This document shows positions 51,663 to 64,000 of a stretch of DNA of 64,000 bases, piece after piece. How positions within the stretch are numbered: the stretch's first letter is position 1; each line of letters opens with the position of its first letter. A model generated the notes under the pieces. The model was not told the DNA's origin, made no database searches, and worked only from the letters and a program-made list of their open reading frames with translations. This DNA comes from Hemiscyllium ocellatum (Eukaryota): positions 5,717,131 to 5,781,130 of the forward strand of contig NC_083408.1 in assembly GCF_020745735.1 (NCBI RefSeq), read 5' to 3'. The translations under genes and the position numbers were made by a program.

Positions 51663-53329
51663 CCTCCTCTTCCTCACCTTGCTAGCACGTGGCACGGACA
51701 ACAAGCCAGAGACAATAACTCTCTTTATTTCAACTAGAAGCTTCCATCCTAGCTCCCTGAATTTCTGCGTTAAATCCCCATCTCTCTTCCTATTTATGTC
51801 GTTGGCGCCTATGTGGACCACGACTTGGAGCCGGTCCATTACTTCACCAAGAATCCAGAAAACGCAATCAGTGACACCATGACCCGTGGCACCTGGGAGG
51901 CATCACACCAACCACGAGTCTCTCTTGTTCCAATAGAAGCTCCTATCTAACCACTCACTATGCAATCCCCATTGAGTCAAGCTCTGCTCAGTCGTCCCTC
52001 TCCTCAACTGCATCCAAAACAGCAGACTTGTTATTGAGGGAAATGGTAACAGGGGTCCCCGCACGGCCTGCCATTTCCCTTTCCATCCAGTGACGGTAAT
52101 CTGTCGAACCTCTTCTTTTACCTGACGTGTGATTACCTCCCTGTAACTCTTTGTATCCCTCTCCACTTCCCGAATGGTCCGAAGTTCATGCAGCTGCCCT
52201 TCCAGTTCTGTAATGCGTTTTTCAAGGAGTGGTAGTTGGGTGTGTTTCCCACAGATGAAGTCAGGCGGGAGACCAGTGGTGAACATTATCTCCCACATTC
52301 CGCAGGAGGAACATTCAACTGCACTAACCTCCATTTTCACTATTCCAAATTCCGAATAACAATACTGAAAGAAACTTTTCAAAATAACTGGCCATCTTAC
52401 CCATCTGCACATAAACTTTCTTTGGTTAGAGGAGGGTAGGATTAGAAGGAAAGCCACACAGACACAGGGGGAATGTTCAAATTCAGCTCATAGGGTGGCC
52501 CACGGTTAGGACAGAACTCACATTCTTTTTGATATATGATAGCAGTGCGAACCACGGGGGCACGGTGCTGGTCGATTAGTTTTACCTGTTATTTTAAATG
52601 ACTCATAGAATTTGCCTGACATGATCCTATCACTGAACCTGACACATTCTGAGACCTCGATCATAGACCAAAACACCTAATTGGCTGCATTTAAAATGTG
52701 TGTTGACCAGTGTAGGAGCGGGACTAGAAAAGGAAAGAATGAGCCTCTGCAACCTCAGTCACAACAGAACTGAAGACAAATTCAGAAATTACGAATTCCA
52801 CTCAGTTGGGAATTCTCTTTTGCTGAAGGTTGTTGTGGCTGAATCCTTATCTTTCATCAAGGCTGAATTAGTTTGATTTCGCATAGACAGGTAAGCCAAG
52901 GCTAAAGGAGCAATGACGGAATATTGCAGCTGGGACAATAATGAGGTGAACAATGACCGCATTTACTGTTGGAGTCGTGTCAAATGGTCGAATTCTCACT
53001 CGTTCCCCTCCGGCGTATGATCTGATGTTCCACTCAGCCCTCCAGACGTGCTACACAGGAGCAGAAGAGACCACGTCGATGTTGAGATATAGGTTGGAAA
53101 CGTGTACTTGGGAATTTAAGGCTGGGACAGGAAGTCACATCCCTACCCCGAATCCTTCTTTCCTGGCTTTCGCTACCTGTAACTTCTGCTCCAGATATGA
53201 GTCATGATGCAGACGCAGATTCACTGTGATTGAAGGCCCAATCCCTCACCCATGGTTAACTCAACAAAATCGTCCGAAAGGAACATTGTCTAACATGACT
53301 CCCAGGAAATGAACCAGTGTATTTCCCAT

Positions 53330-55310
53330 CACAAAAATAGGAACAAAATACACCATTCGACCCATTAATACTGCCCTGTCATTCAATAAGAGCATGGCTT
53401 ATCTCCTTCGGGGCTCAACTCCACTTTCCTGCCCAAATCCCTATGTCCCTCAACTCGCCGACATATCAAATACACATCTACACTATCTGTAATTACATTC
53501 AATGACCTAGCCTCCACAAACTCCAAAGGTTAGAGAATCCAGACATTCACTATCTTTAGACATCAGATATATCTTTCCATTTCAGATTGAAATTGATGTC
53601 CCTTATTCTGTATCTATGTCCCCGCGTGGAGACTCTGCCCAGGAATGGAAACATTCTCAACAACGTCCTTGTCAACCCCCTCACCTCCCACCCCCCCCCC
53701 CCCCCCACCCCGGTATCCTGAGCATTTCAGTAAGTTCACCCTCATTTATTTTAACCACAATGAATAAACGCCTCAGCATTTTAGATGTGCTCGATAATTC
53801 AGCATTTCCATCTGGTGCACCAGCCTTCAGAACGAAACTTGTTACTTGCTGCATCAACAGGCCGAAGTTATTTTTCATACACAGTAACACGCTAATCCCT
53901 TTGTATGGCGTTTTTATTTGGAGTACTCTCTACTAAATACAGCCTGACTTTTCTGTTTAGGTGTCATTCACAAACTCGAATATACATTTCACTAAGCTGC
54001 CGCCTTCATACTATCAATATAGCCTGTAAATAACCGATACCATCATTCTGATATTCGTGGTACTCCAATAGATATGTTTTATAACGAAGATCGTTTCGTC
54101 CGACTCTCCCCTTCCTGAGCGTTAACCAATCATCATCCCATGCTAATACAGTAATCATCATACTATGACTTCTCTCTTGTGTTAGAATATTTTATTTTGT
54201 GACACCTTGTAGAAAATCTCTGGAAACCCGTTTGTTTACCTGCTCCCCTTTATCAAGTCCGCTTGTTACTTTCTCCAGAAAGAAAAATATTGCATGATGC
54301 TCCAGGACAAAATATAATTTCCCTTTTACAAAACCATGCTGCCTCCGTGCGAAGCTTTCCTAAATTCCCTGAAATTCCTTCCTAAATGATAGACAGCATC
54401 AGTTTCCCAGTAATAATGGTTAGGCTCAATGTTTCCTGTTTTCTGTCTCGCTCCTTTCTTGAAGACAGGTGCCAACAGTTTCGCTGGAACACACCTGCAA
54501 ACCAACGAGTTATGGACCATTTCAAACAATGCCGCCAGTCACTCCATAATAACTTCTTTCAAAACGAACTATGAATTGCTGCTCAGCTGTTTGTTCTTAG
54601 TCTTATCAGTCTGTTGAAAGTAGCGTGTTCGTTTTGTTAGAGGCCGTTCACCAATTTCCCTCTTATTACCATTTTGCTTATGTCACTGAAATACTTGAAC
54701 CACCTTCCCCTTGTGAAGAACGATGTGAAATAGTGGTGTAAATTACATGCTTGTTCCGTGTAACCACTTCGCCAACGGACACTCCAAATGTCCTAAGTAC
54801 ACGTTCCTTAATTTAAATCAAGCAAACGTCACGCCATCATCTTGAGCTTTTCCTTTTACACGGAAGACCTCGCGCTGTTTGCTTTTATATATCTTGCCAA
54901 GTTAATTTCATCATATCTTTTTCCTCACTTTTTCGATTCATACAGTAATATAGCGCACAGATAGCACCGTTCATTCACGATGACCTGGTTGTCCAAACTC
55001 AACGACCTTCACCTCCTCACATTTGGCCCAGATGCGTCGAAACGTTCCCAATTCATATGTTTTCACAACTGTCTTTTAAATATTGTTTCTGTACTTGCAC
55101 CTACCACTCTTCATCTTGCAGTTCATTCCATAAACACGCCACCCTCTGTGTGAAGAAGTTGCCCCTTTGTCCCTTTTAAATCCTTCCCTTTTTCATTAAA
55201 CGTACTGCCTCTATTTTCGAAGCTGATCTTGTGGCAAAGGGCTTGGATATTCGCTATCCATATCACTCATGATGCTATAACCTTCTGTAATGCCACCCCT
55301 CACCCACTAC
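53330..55310 (-). mobile_element. Old CR1 fragments
   Basis: Reverse-complement CR1 3' tails near 53335 and 54950; PVFKKGARQKTGN motif at about 54430-54470. Confidence 0.55.
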
Positions 55311-55449
55311 ACTACATCTGATACTAACTTCATGAAAAAGCATTTAAAGTTCAGCACTGCAACTTTGAAACAATACTCAATGCGACAGGTAAGCAACACT
55401 TGGCGCAAAACGTCATACCATTAATGCTTTTTTCTCCATATTACAATAC

Positions 55450-56350
55450 AATACTTCCCCCACCTCTAGCACGATAGTGCCATCAAATGCATCTGTTCCT
55501 CCAGCCCACTGTCAGCATTTAATTGGGAACGTTCCTTCTATGACACCCTCCATTACACGGAACAATTCTTCTGTTATCCATGGTACCTTCCCATACAATT
55601 GCACAAACAGCAACACTTGGCCATTCAGCTCTCCCCTCCTCACTATTCAAGACCCCAAACACACTTACGAGGGCAAGCAGCATTTACGTTGCTCTTTTGA
55701 ATCAAGTTTCCAGTCATTGTTGCTCACAATGCAGTCTTGTTTATTTTGTGGAGACCAAACAGAAACTGTTTTGAGGAGCACTTTTACTTTGTCTTAAGGA
55801 ATAACACTGATCTTCTCATTGCTCCCAATTTGAATAACCTACCTTGCTGTCATGCTAACGCTTCGGTTCTGGCCTGTTGCACAGCTCAAATGAACCACAG
55901 CCCAATTCGTGCATCAACTCATTTTCGTCTTTGTTATGTTAAAGGCTGTCGGAGGCAACATTAAATTTCATACATTCACAGCCTAGCCACGTTATAACTG
56001 TTCTACCTTTTCCATGCATTCTTCCTTCTGGTCTCCCGATGATCTTGTCTGCGTGTGCCTTTTTTTAACCTTGCATTCACGTGAAACAACCCTTTTCCCC
56101 AATTCACATTAATTTTAAACGTATTTTACATTATCTTCCCGTTCACCAATAGTAAACTTTTTTTTCAACTTTTGCCATGCCTTCTTTTCCCCCTCGCCCA
56201 TCCCTCACCTCAGCCAAGGGATTAATAAACCCATTTTCTAATCCTTTGCAGTTCTGACGATGTGTCAGACTGGACTTGAAATGCTAACTCTCTTTCTCTG
56301 TCTCTGCAGATGCTACCACACCTCCTGAGTTTCTCTAGAAATGAATAGGC
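55450..56350 (+). mobile_element. Old Penelope-like element remnant (GIY-YIG region and terminus)
   Basis: Frameshifted GTFPYNCTNSNTWPF...TIQDPK, CSQCSLVYFVETK, FEEH. Downstream degenerate hammerhead CTGACGA...GAAA near 56254-56285. Confidence 0.6.
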
Positions 56351-57654
56351 ACAGAACAAATTTTCAAATAAACAAATAAATATGCACATCAGTAATAAAG
56401 ACACAAAAATGCTTTAGAAGCTGAAAGCTTTTTTGAAAGCTCACTGGACCCCAAAGATTCACTCTGCTTACTCATCAACACCAAGCTGATCTATGGTTCA
56501 GGGACGACTGTGGATGAACATGCCGGTGACAGAACCATATGTATCGAAACCTGATGATTGTCCGTTACACCGACCAGACGAGATTTACTAAATTCCAAAC
56601 AGCAATACTAACATCTTACAGTGAGGGGGTAATGATACTAGAACAAACATATCAGGTATAAGCTTTTCTGACCTTCCATATCCAATCATATTTGGAGATG
56701 GACTATGAAACAACTCACAGCTGCAGAGGTTGCCACAAATATTTATTCTTCAATTGTTCAAAGGTTAATTGCATACCTAGCCAGGACACAATTTATTGTC
56801 TTTCCCTAATTGCACCGAGCACAGTGAAGCGTCATAATCTTTGCTTCCATTTAAAGGACATTCGTGAATTAGGTGGCTTTCAACGACAGTGGGCAATCGA
56901 TTCATGGTTGTCATTATTTGATCAGCTTTCCAATTGTTTAATGGATTCGATTGTCACCTCGATATTTTATAGGACTCGAACACAGGTCCCCAGAATCACA
57001 CCAAGGTCACGAAAGTACTAGCCCAACAAAAACGTGACAAGGGCATTACCTTTCCGTTCGATAGAATGGAACAGTCCTGTACATCAGTGTAAAAGGCAAG
57101 GGTATGATATCTGGACCATCCTTATTCAGAAGTGTTGAGTCGACTAACCACATCACCCTCGTCATGATACCCACAGAACCACAGATTTCGGGGTTCAACC
57201 AGTTCGATTCGCTGCACGTGAGATGAAGAAAGAACAGAACACAGTAAATATTAAAAAGCCAATGGACCTTGACACAATTCCTGCAATAGGACTGAATACT
57301 TGTACTTTACAGCAAGCCGTGTCACAGGGGAAGCTGTTTCATTCCAGCTCCGAATCTGACGTCTACCTGGCAATGTGTAAAATTGCTCAACGATGCCCAG
57401 CCCCCTATCAGGAGAATCATTGCAATCTGACCAGTTGACACGCCCTCAGTCTTGTCAAGACAGTCAAATAGTGCTGTTCAAAAAAGTTGTGAAGCAGCAC
57501 AGAAATAAATGTTGAGTATGTTTTCTGACAGGCCCCCTTTTGGAGATGCTGGTGCTGTGCAAATGTTATTGGGTTAATAATCCACGATCGACTAATGCAC
57601 TGGTAGCTGATGGTAGTTAAAACAATTAATGAAATAACGACATCTCCGGCGACT

Positions 57655-57878
57655 TCCTGTGTGGAATTCTCCCCGTGTCTGCGTGGGTTTCTTCTCGGTA
57701 CTCCGGCTTCCTCCCACAGTCCAAAGATGTGCGGGTCAGGTGAATTGGCCATGCTAAAATGCCCGTAGTGTTAGGTAAGGGCCTAAAGCAGAGGTATGGG
57801 TGGGTTGCGGTTTGGCGTGTCGGTGTGGACTTGTTGGGCCGAAGGGCCTGTTTCCACACTGTAAGTAATCTAATCTAA
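57655..57878 (+). mobile_element. 5'-truncated V-SINE/HE1-like SINE
   Basis: TTCTCCCCGTGTCTGCGTGGGTTTC...CTCCCACAGTCCAAAGATGTGC; tail GAAGGGCCTGTTTCCACACTGTAAGTAATCTAATCTAA. Confidence 0.8.
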
Positions 57879-58336
57879 CGTAAATATGTTATCAGAAACA
57901 CTGACCCTGAAGCCAATGTCGATTGCCAACAGCAATTGGCTTCCCCAATGTACTTTCAGAAAGTGAGTCTCCCGTGCTTTCCTGATCTGGTTTAAAAGTG
58001 ACACCGGACGCACAGACATGTGACCTCTTCAGTGGTCTCTGAAATGTGCAAGGAAGCCATTTCAATTGTATCAAACTGCTCCGAGGTCTTAAAAGATAAA
58101 AGTGGACAGAACACTCGGCATCAGCCTCAGTATCAGAAAAGGGAACAGGAAGGACAGCCTTGTCGAACCAGCAGAGGCCTACTTCTCATCATCAGAGAGC
58201 TTGTGCCAACATTTACACAGCTTTGCAACAGACTGTAGAGAAAGACCTTGAAAGGGGTCAGTCATTGAACACACTGAGCTTCCGCCATTTTAGTTAACGG
58301 ACGAACAACTGCTTAACGCAGTACCCCTACAGAGGT

Positions 58337-58637
58337 GGCACGGTGGCTTAGAGTTTAGCAATGCTGCCTCGCAGCACTGGGGTCCCAGGTTCGATCCCAT
58401 TCTTGGACGACTATGTGTGTGGAGTTTGCACATTCTCTTCGTGGGTTTTCCCCCAAGTGCTCCGGTTTCCTCCCACATTCTCATGATGTGGAGGTTATGT
58501 GAATTGGTCGTGCTTAACTGACAACAGTGTTGGTACATTAGTCAGAAGGAAATGCGTCTGGATGGTTTACTGTTCAGAAAGTCGGTGTGGACTTGTTGGG
58601 TAAAACGACCTTTTTGCACACTGTAGGAAATCTAATC
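58337..58637 (+). mobile_element. Full-length V-SINE/HE1-like SINE
   Basis: A-box-like GGTGGCTTAGAGTTTAG, B-box GGTTCGATCCC, central V-type domain, CR1-like tail. Confidence 0.8.
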
Positions 58638-59719
58638 CATTCCCACTGTGTACATATCCCTTAATGTGATTAGACATGCGAAAAATATGAAGTGTTACTT
58701 GCAATATGCCTTCAGTTCATCGATGTTTCTCACCCATACAGTATGATGAGGGCTGATCATCCATCGCCACACCATGCACCTTATCAATCCCCATCCTTGT
58801 AGTGTCTAGATATCCTTCTTTGTATTGAGTTCATTAGCTTCCACAGTCTTAAGTCGAAGATAATCCGTTAGTTTCACCAGTCACTGCCTGTAGACATGCG
58901 TTCTCATGCAGCGTGGTCTACCTGTACGTAATAGTAAGACCCCTTACTTTGGACATCCCAGCCAGGGGAATTATCATCCCTGCTTCAAATCTGTCTCAGC
59001 CTCTCAGAGTTTTATTTATTTTCCTAGACTTCATGGAATAGAGGCCCAGTCGACCCAATCTCTGTTCACACAAAAAGAAACCTGTCATCACAGATATCCT
59101 TGTGGTCATCCTCTGCTGCGTTCCTTCAATGTCAAGCTTTTCCTTTCTTAGGCGAGGATATCAAAGGAAGCAAGGAGGATGTTCGAGAGATGTGAGGGCT
59201 GAAACAGTTGAAGGAAGGTTGAGAAACCAGAAAGCGTGTGTTACATGGGAGTGGAAGGAGAATTCCGAAGACGTGTAGAGGGCGGAGTTTAGAAATACAG
59301 GGAGGGGTATAGATGTTGGAGGAATTCACAATGATAATTAAGACTAGAGTAGCTGTTGAAGATTATAGAGATGAGGGTGGTTTATTGAGACAGATATGGA
59401 AGTAGTGACTGCTGGTGATTACAGGGAAAGATACAGAGGGATAGGTGGACAGTTTAAAAACGGAATTTCGAAATGTCTGAATGAAGAACAAATTGCACAG
59501 TCCTGTGGAACTTGGGAGCGATTGTGAGAATTTAAAGGAGGGTGCAATCACAAAGTGCCATAGAGCCAGTGTCAACCAGCACATCATTACCATTAACAAA
59601 ATTAAAGCCTGTAAATCTTGCAAAGTCATCCTTCCTAATGTCTGGTGGGTCGGGCGGGAATTGCGACAGTTATCCTACGGACTGATCAAGCAACAATGCA
59701 ACAGGACTGTTCTTCATTG

Positions 59720-60250
59720 TGTGAGATCAAGCATCGATACGGAAACGATCGACTCTGCTGATTCTCCTCCCTCAGCCACATGGTGCCAGATCAAACATTG
59801 ACACAGAAACCTCCTGCTGACTCCCCTCTGCCAGCAAAATGTTGTCAGATGAAACATTGACAAGGAAACCTCCTGCTAACTCCGCTCCCTAAACCCCATG
59901 TTGTCAAGTCAAACATTGACATGGAAACCTCGGGTTGACACTTTCGTCAAGCTCAAGGTGGTAGATCAAGCACTGATGCCGAAACGTTCTGCTGACTCCA
60001 CTCCCTCATCATCATGTTGTTAGATCAAACACTGGAACTGAAATATCCTGCTGACTCCCCCCTCTCCCTCAGCCTCACAATGTCAGATCAAACACTGATA
60101 TGGAAGCCTCATGCCGACTGCCCCTCCTCAGCCTCATAATGTCAGATCACACGCTGTGATGGAAGCGTCCTGCTGACTTCCCTTACTCAACATCATGATG
60201 TTAGATCAAACAATGACAATGAAACCTCCTGATGACTCCCCTCACTGAGA
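59720..60250 (+). repeat. ~59-bp x 9 minisatellite
   Basis: Consensus approximately TGTCAGATCAAACATTGACATGGAAACCTCCTGCTGACTCCCCTCCCTCAGCCTCATGT. Confidence 0.88.
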
Positions 60251-60504
60251 TGGTGGATCAATGGTCCACATTGCGCAACACAAAGATGAAGAACGTATCC
60301 TGGGTTGGGAATTTCTAAATCACAAACAAGACATGCTTGTCTGCAGCGTAGTTGATCGTGATGATCGGGTCCAAAAGGACATGGCTGCTGGATTGGGTCT
60401 GCAGCGAATGGGGAGGGAATGATTCAGAAGAAGAAAGCTCCTTGACCTCATCCCCTCCAATCAACTGCCACATATATATTGATAGTGACCATATTGGTAA
60501 TGGT

Positions 60505-60705
60505 GGGAGAAAGTGAGGACTGCAAATGCATGAATACCAGAGTTGAAAAATGTGGTGCTGTCAAAACACAGCAGGCCAGGCAGCACCCGATAAGCAGGAG
60601 AATCGACGTTTCGGGCATAAGCCTTTCCTGAAGAAGGGCTTATGCCCGAAATATCGATTCTCCTGCTCCTCTAATGCTGCCTTCCCTGCTGTACTTTTCC
60701 AGCAC
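60505..60705. mobile_element. Palindromic Penelope-terminus-derived insertion with hammerhead core
   Basis: Begins GGAGAAAGTGAGGACTGCA like the other copies. Inverted arms around CTGAAGA-A-GGGC-TTAT-GCCC-GAAA-TATC (60628-60655). No clear TSD. Confidence 0.75.
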
Positions 60706-62667
60706 ACAGTATCCATTACAGTGTCCATTACACACCGTATCTATGAAGATAAAGGCCAACGTTTACATTGGGAATACTCTCTGCATATATGAGACTATAC
60801 CATTGCTCCAAACTGGACAGATTTCAAATAGGTCCAACAACTCAATATTTTTGTGTAAATTGATTAGGGTCATTACCAACAGCGGAAAATTATACTCCAG
60901 CATAGTTTTCACCATCACTGCATGGCACATGTTTCACTTTCCCCTGACCTGAAATCCAGGTGATAAACCCTGGTTCATTTGAGAATGCGGGAGGGCCTGT
61001 CAAGAGCTGCACCAGGTACATCTAAAAATGATGTGAAGGTACCAAAAAAGGACCACCAACGCACCAAATTTTGAAAGCCACAGTTGATAGATATGTTTTA
61101 CCAGCAATTTAATCTAATCTCTGCAATACTATCACATGCAGTATGGGTGAATGGTAGTGGACAATGAAACAACTCCTTGGACGACGTGGATCCACATATA
61201 TCGCCTTCATCAATGATTGAAGAGCATAGCAGAACAATGGGATAGATGAAGCTGAAATGTGCACAATTATGTTCAGAGAGATGTGTCAATGGGACGATTT
61301 ATTTTCGTCTCCTTCAGATGGAAGTCTTCGACCAATTCGAATCATTTCATATGATATCAATAAATGACTTGAGGGATTGGGAAATACAAACGATGGGAAT
61401 GCTGATTTCATTGCATTTACACTGTTCCTGTTTGACGACATGACTAGCATCCACGTGACAATGTGAAAAACTAACTCGATGTGTCTGTAAATAGACAGGT
61501 GAAACATCAGACAAAAAATTACTCCTCCTCTCGACCAATCCCTATCATTAATAAACTGATTAAAAGATGTCATCTACCGTGGTATCAAGCATCAATTCTT
61601 CAGCACCAACTTACTCACTGAAGCTCAATGTGGGTTCTGCCAGGGGCACTGATCCCGTGACCTCTTTGAAGCCTTGATTTAAAGATGAACAACAAGAAAA
61701 TGCAAGGCTGGATCACAGAGATGAGGCGAGTGACTGCACTTCACTACATCATTTGATCAAGTCTGGGATAAATGATTAACAGTAAAACTGCAGGAATTGC
61801 AACTAAGGGCATCTTGGCACTGGTAACGTGTCATACTTGGTACAAAAGTAAGATGGTTGAGGTAACTTCAGAGGAACCATTCCAGTACCAGGACAGGTCT
61901 TTCGCAAGTTCCCGAGCGATCGTTTTTCTGGGGAAGCCTGTCGAGCAGAAACGGAGAGGAAAGACACCGCACTCCTTCGGGAACACAGCGTTGCTCACAC
62001 CTGAGAGAGAGACAACTCGTGGTAGCTTATCTGGACATCATTGCTCCATAAGTGTAGCATAGATTGACTAGGACAGTCCTTTAAAGTCACATCAGTCAGC
62101 GTCTGAATTGAACCCACAGTTTTAACATTAATCCACATTACAACCCAGTCATCCAACTGATTGAGCCAACTGAGTGCTCACTCAGCTTCCTACGATAAAT
62201 ATATTATTATTCATCTATTCAAATATGTTGCTACACAACTCTTGCGGAGATGGAAATTGGAACAACTTTCCTAGCTCAGACGGAGGCACACGGACAGTGA
62301 GTTATAAGTGTGTTATTTCTCCTCGACCTCCCATTTCTTAGCTGTTTCATAAATGACTATTCCTTCATTGTAAAGACTCAAACGGGAATGCTTGCCAAAG
62401 ATTGAATAATGTTAAACACCATTCGCGATTACTAAAGTGACGAAGCAGTTTGAATCCAAATTCGACAAGAACTGCAAAATATGCAGGCACATGCTATGAA
62501 GTGGCAAGTAACATTTGCATTAAGCACATGCCAGGCAACGATATCTTCTTTCAGTACAAAATTGAACCATATCTCGAGCATTCAATTACATCACTAAAAC
62601 TGAACTCTGAATTACCAATATCCTGGGGATTACCATTAACTAGAACTGGACTGACCATATAAGTTCA

Positions 62668-62768
62668 TCTCCCATTCCTGTGAAAGGCTTATGCCAGAGA
62701 CGTCGTCTCTCCTATGTCTCATATGCTGCCTAATTTGATGTTCTTTTCCAACACCACACTTTTTGAAC
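62668..62768 (+). mobile_element. Degenerate copy of the same hammerhead-bearing terminus
   Basis: ATTCCTGTGAAAGGCTTATGCCAGAGACGTCG...TGCTGCCT...CTTTTCCAACACCACAC resembles the family consensus. Confidence 0.55.
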
Positions 62769-62829
62769 CAACTAAATTCATTGGCGACAAGAATATTTCA
62801 GAAGCTAGGAATGCTGCATCAATAATTGG

Positions 62830-63157
62830 ACACTCTGGAGGCAGGAAACATGTTTCTGCTGATGGGTGAGTGCCATTTCGGACGGGGTAGACCATTTAGG
62901 ACAGAGATGAGGAAAAACTTCTTTCCCCAGAGAGTGGTGCCGGTGCGGAATGATCTATCCCAGACGGCAGTGTAGGCCCCGTCATTTAAGAAAGAGTTGG
63001 ATAGAACTCTCAAGGATTGTGGAACCAAGGGTTCTGGAGATAAAGCAGGAACAGGATACTGATTAAGGATGATGAGCCATGATCATATTGAATGGTGGTG
63101 CAGGCTCGAAGGGCAGAATGGCCTACTCCTGCACCTGTTGTCTATTGTCTATTGTCA
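62830..63157 (+). mobile_element. Relatively young CR1 3' fragment
   Basis: FFPQRVVPVRNDLSQ-type segment; GGTGCAGGCTCGAAGGGCAGAATGGCCTACTCCTGCACC stem-loop and (ATTGTCT)n tail. Confidence 0.8.
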
Positions 63158-63849
63158 AATAACTCACCTCATAATTTCGCAAATCATGCCCACATTCGAT
63201 AATACACCGATTACCGTGTGTGCAATGAAATAAACCCAATTAGCGTGGCTGAGTGCAACTTATTCAGTGACTCAGTTATAGCAATGCTTACATTCTACAG
63301 GGTGCTCTGCAGAAATTTACCAAGGTTCCTTACAAAACGTCTGAAACAACATCCATCAAGAAGGACAGTGGAAACAGATAAATGGAACCAGCACCATGTT
63401 CAAGTCCCATTCGAAGCCAGCCAGTTTTCTCATTTGGAAAAACATTGCTGTTCCTTCTGTGTCACTGTTTCAAGATCCCTCACTCATGGCACTGTAGGTC
63501 GACCGACAGCACATGGACGGCAGCGGTTTTATGTGGCATCTCACCAGCACTTTCTCAAAGGCAACACGGGATGGGTAACAAATACTTGCCCAATCACATT
63601 CCATGAATAAATTCGAATGAAAAATATTGCCTTAGCATGCCCAATACTGGGCAGTGAGCCTTAGACTTTGTGAGTGCAGGCAGTTTAGTCCAGTCAGTAC
63701 CTTGCTTGTTGTTAACAGGGAAGAGATATGCTGCTGGAAACACTGTCTGTCTTTCACTTGTATGTACTACACACCTCGCACCACACGGACACTGGCATTA
63801 ACATACAATATTACAGAAATGTGAGAAAGACCCAAGCAAATGTACTCAG

Positions 63850-64000
63850 AACAAAGAACAAAGAAAAAAAAACAAAGAAAATTTACAGACCAGGAAAAGG
63901 TCCTTCGGCCCTCCAACCTGAGCCGTTCCAATTGCACTTTTTAAACCTGTCGGTCAATTCCTAAGCATCTTTATCCCTCAACTTCCAACTTACTCATGCG
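63850..64000 (-). mobile_element. CR1 3' terminus running off the window edge
   Basis: (AACAAAG)n tail followed by AGGTCCTTCGGCCCTCC, the reverse complement of a CR1-type 3' end. Confidence 0.6.

Larger units (their letters stand above)
47732..52460 (-). mobile_element. Near-full-length degenerate CR1 LINE (ORF1 and ORF2) with nested insertions
   Basis: ORF1 zinc-finger/coiled coil (AVECSSCGMWE...FICGK...LEKRITELE), ORF1 esterase (VVVHIGANDI...VIVSGLL), endonuclease (FVQCVQEGFMTQYVERPTR), RT (VPEDWWTANVVPLFK; KCEVIHF), 3' tail with TTCTAT repeats; many stops and frameshifts. Confidence 0.9.
59700..63620 (+). mobile_element. Fragmented L2/CR1-clade LINE with multiple later insertions
   Basis: Endonuclease-like NVSWVGNF...RVQKDMAAGLGLQ...LLDLI near 60290-60460; RT remnants at 61400-61930 and 62490-62660; 3' end near 63600. 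Confidence 0.55.

Noticed and set aside
58337-58410. tRNA gene
   Set aside because: A/B boxes run straight into a SINE body; no complete cloverleaf.
59720-60250. CRISPR-like appearance of the 59-bp and 42-bp arrays
   Set aside because: Units are similar along their whole length with no unique spacers, there are no cas genes, and the context is eukaryotic.

Overview
Repeat-dominated vertebrate genomic DNA, most likely from a cartilaginous fish (shark); this is inferred from the CR1, V-SINE/HE1-like, Deu-SINE-like and Penelope repeat types. The only protein-coding gene I can support is a two-exon class A (rhodopsin-like) orphan GPCR of the GPR139/GPR142-like group on the minus strand. Exon 1 is about 38782-38605, there is an 11.6-kb phase-1 GT-AG intron, and exon 2 is 26998-26091. 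The rest is decayed retroelements (CR1, L2-like, Rex1-like, Tx1-like, Penelope), SINEs, a Harbinger remnant, an ~8.5-kb strand-biased G/T-rich low-complexity domain and several minisatellites, some amplified from LINE sequence. The most notable signal is a dispersed family of short, often palindromic, Penelope-terminus-derived insertions. They carry a minimal type I hammerhead ribozyme motif (CUGAUGA-stem II-GAAA-CGUC), five copies are flanked by 10-14 bp target-site duplications, and one copy (43515-43552) has an intact fold. Family assignments rest on recognised motifs, not database searches, and boundaries of old repeats are approximate.
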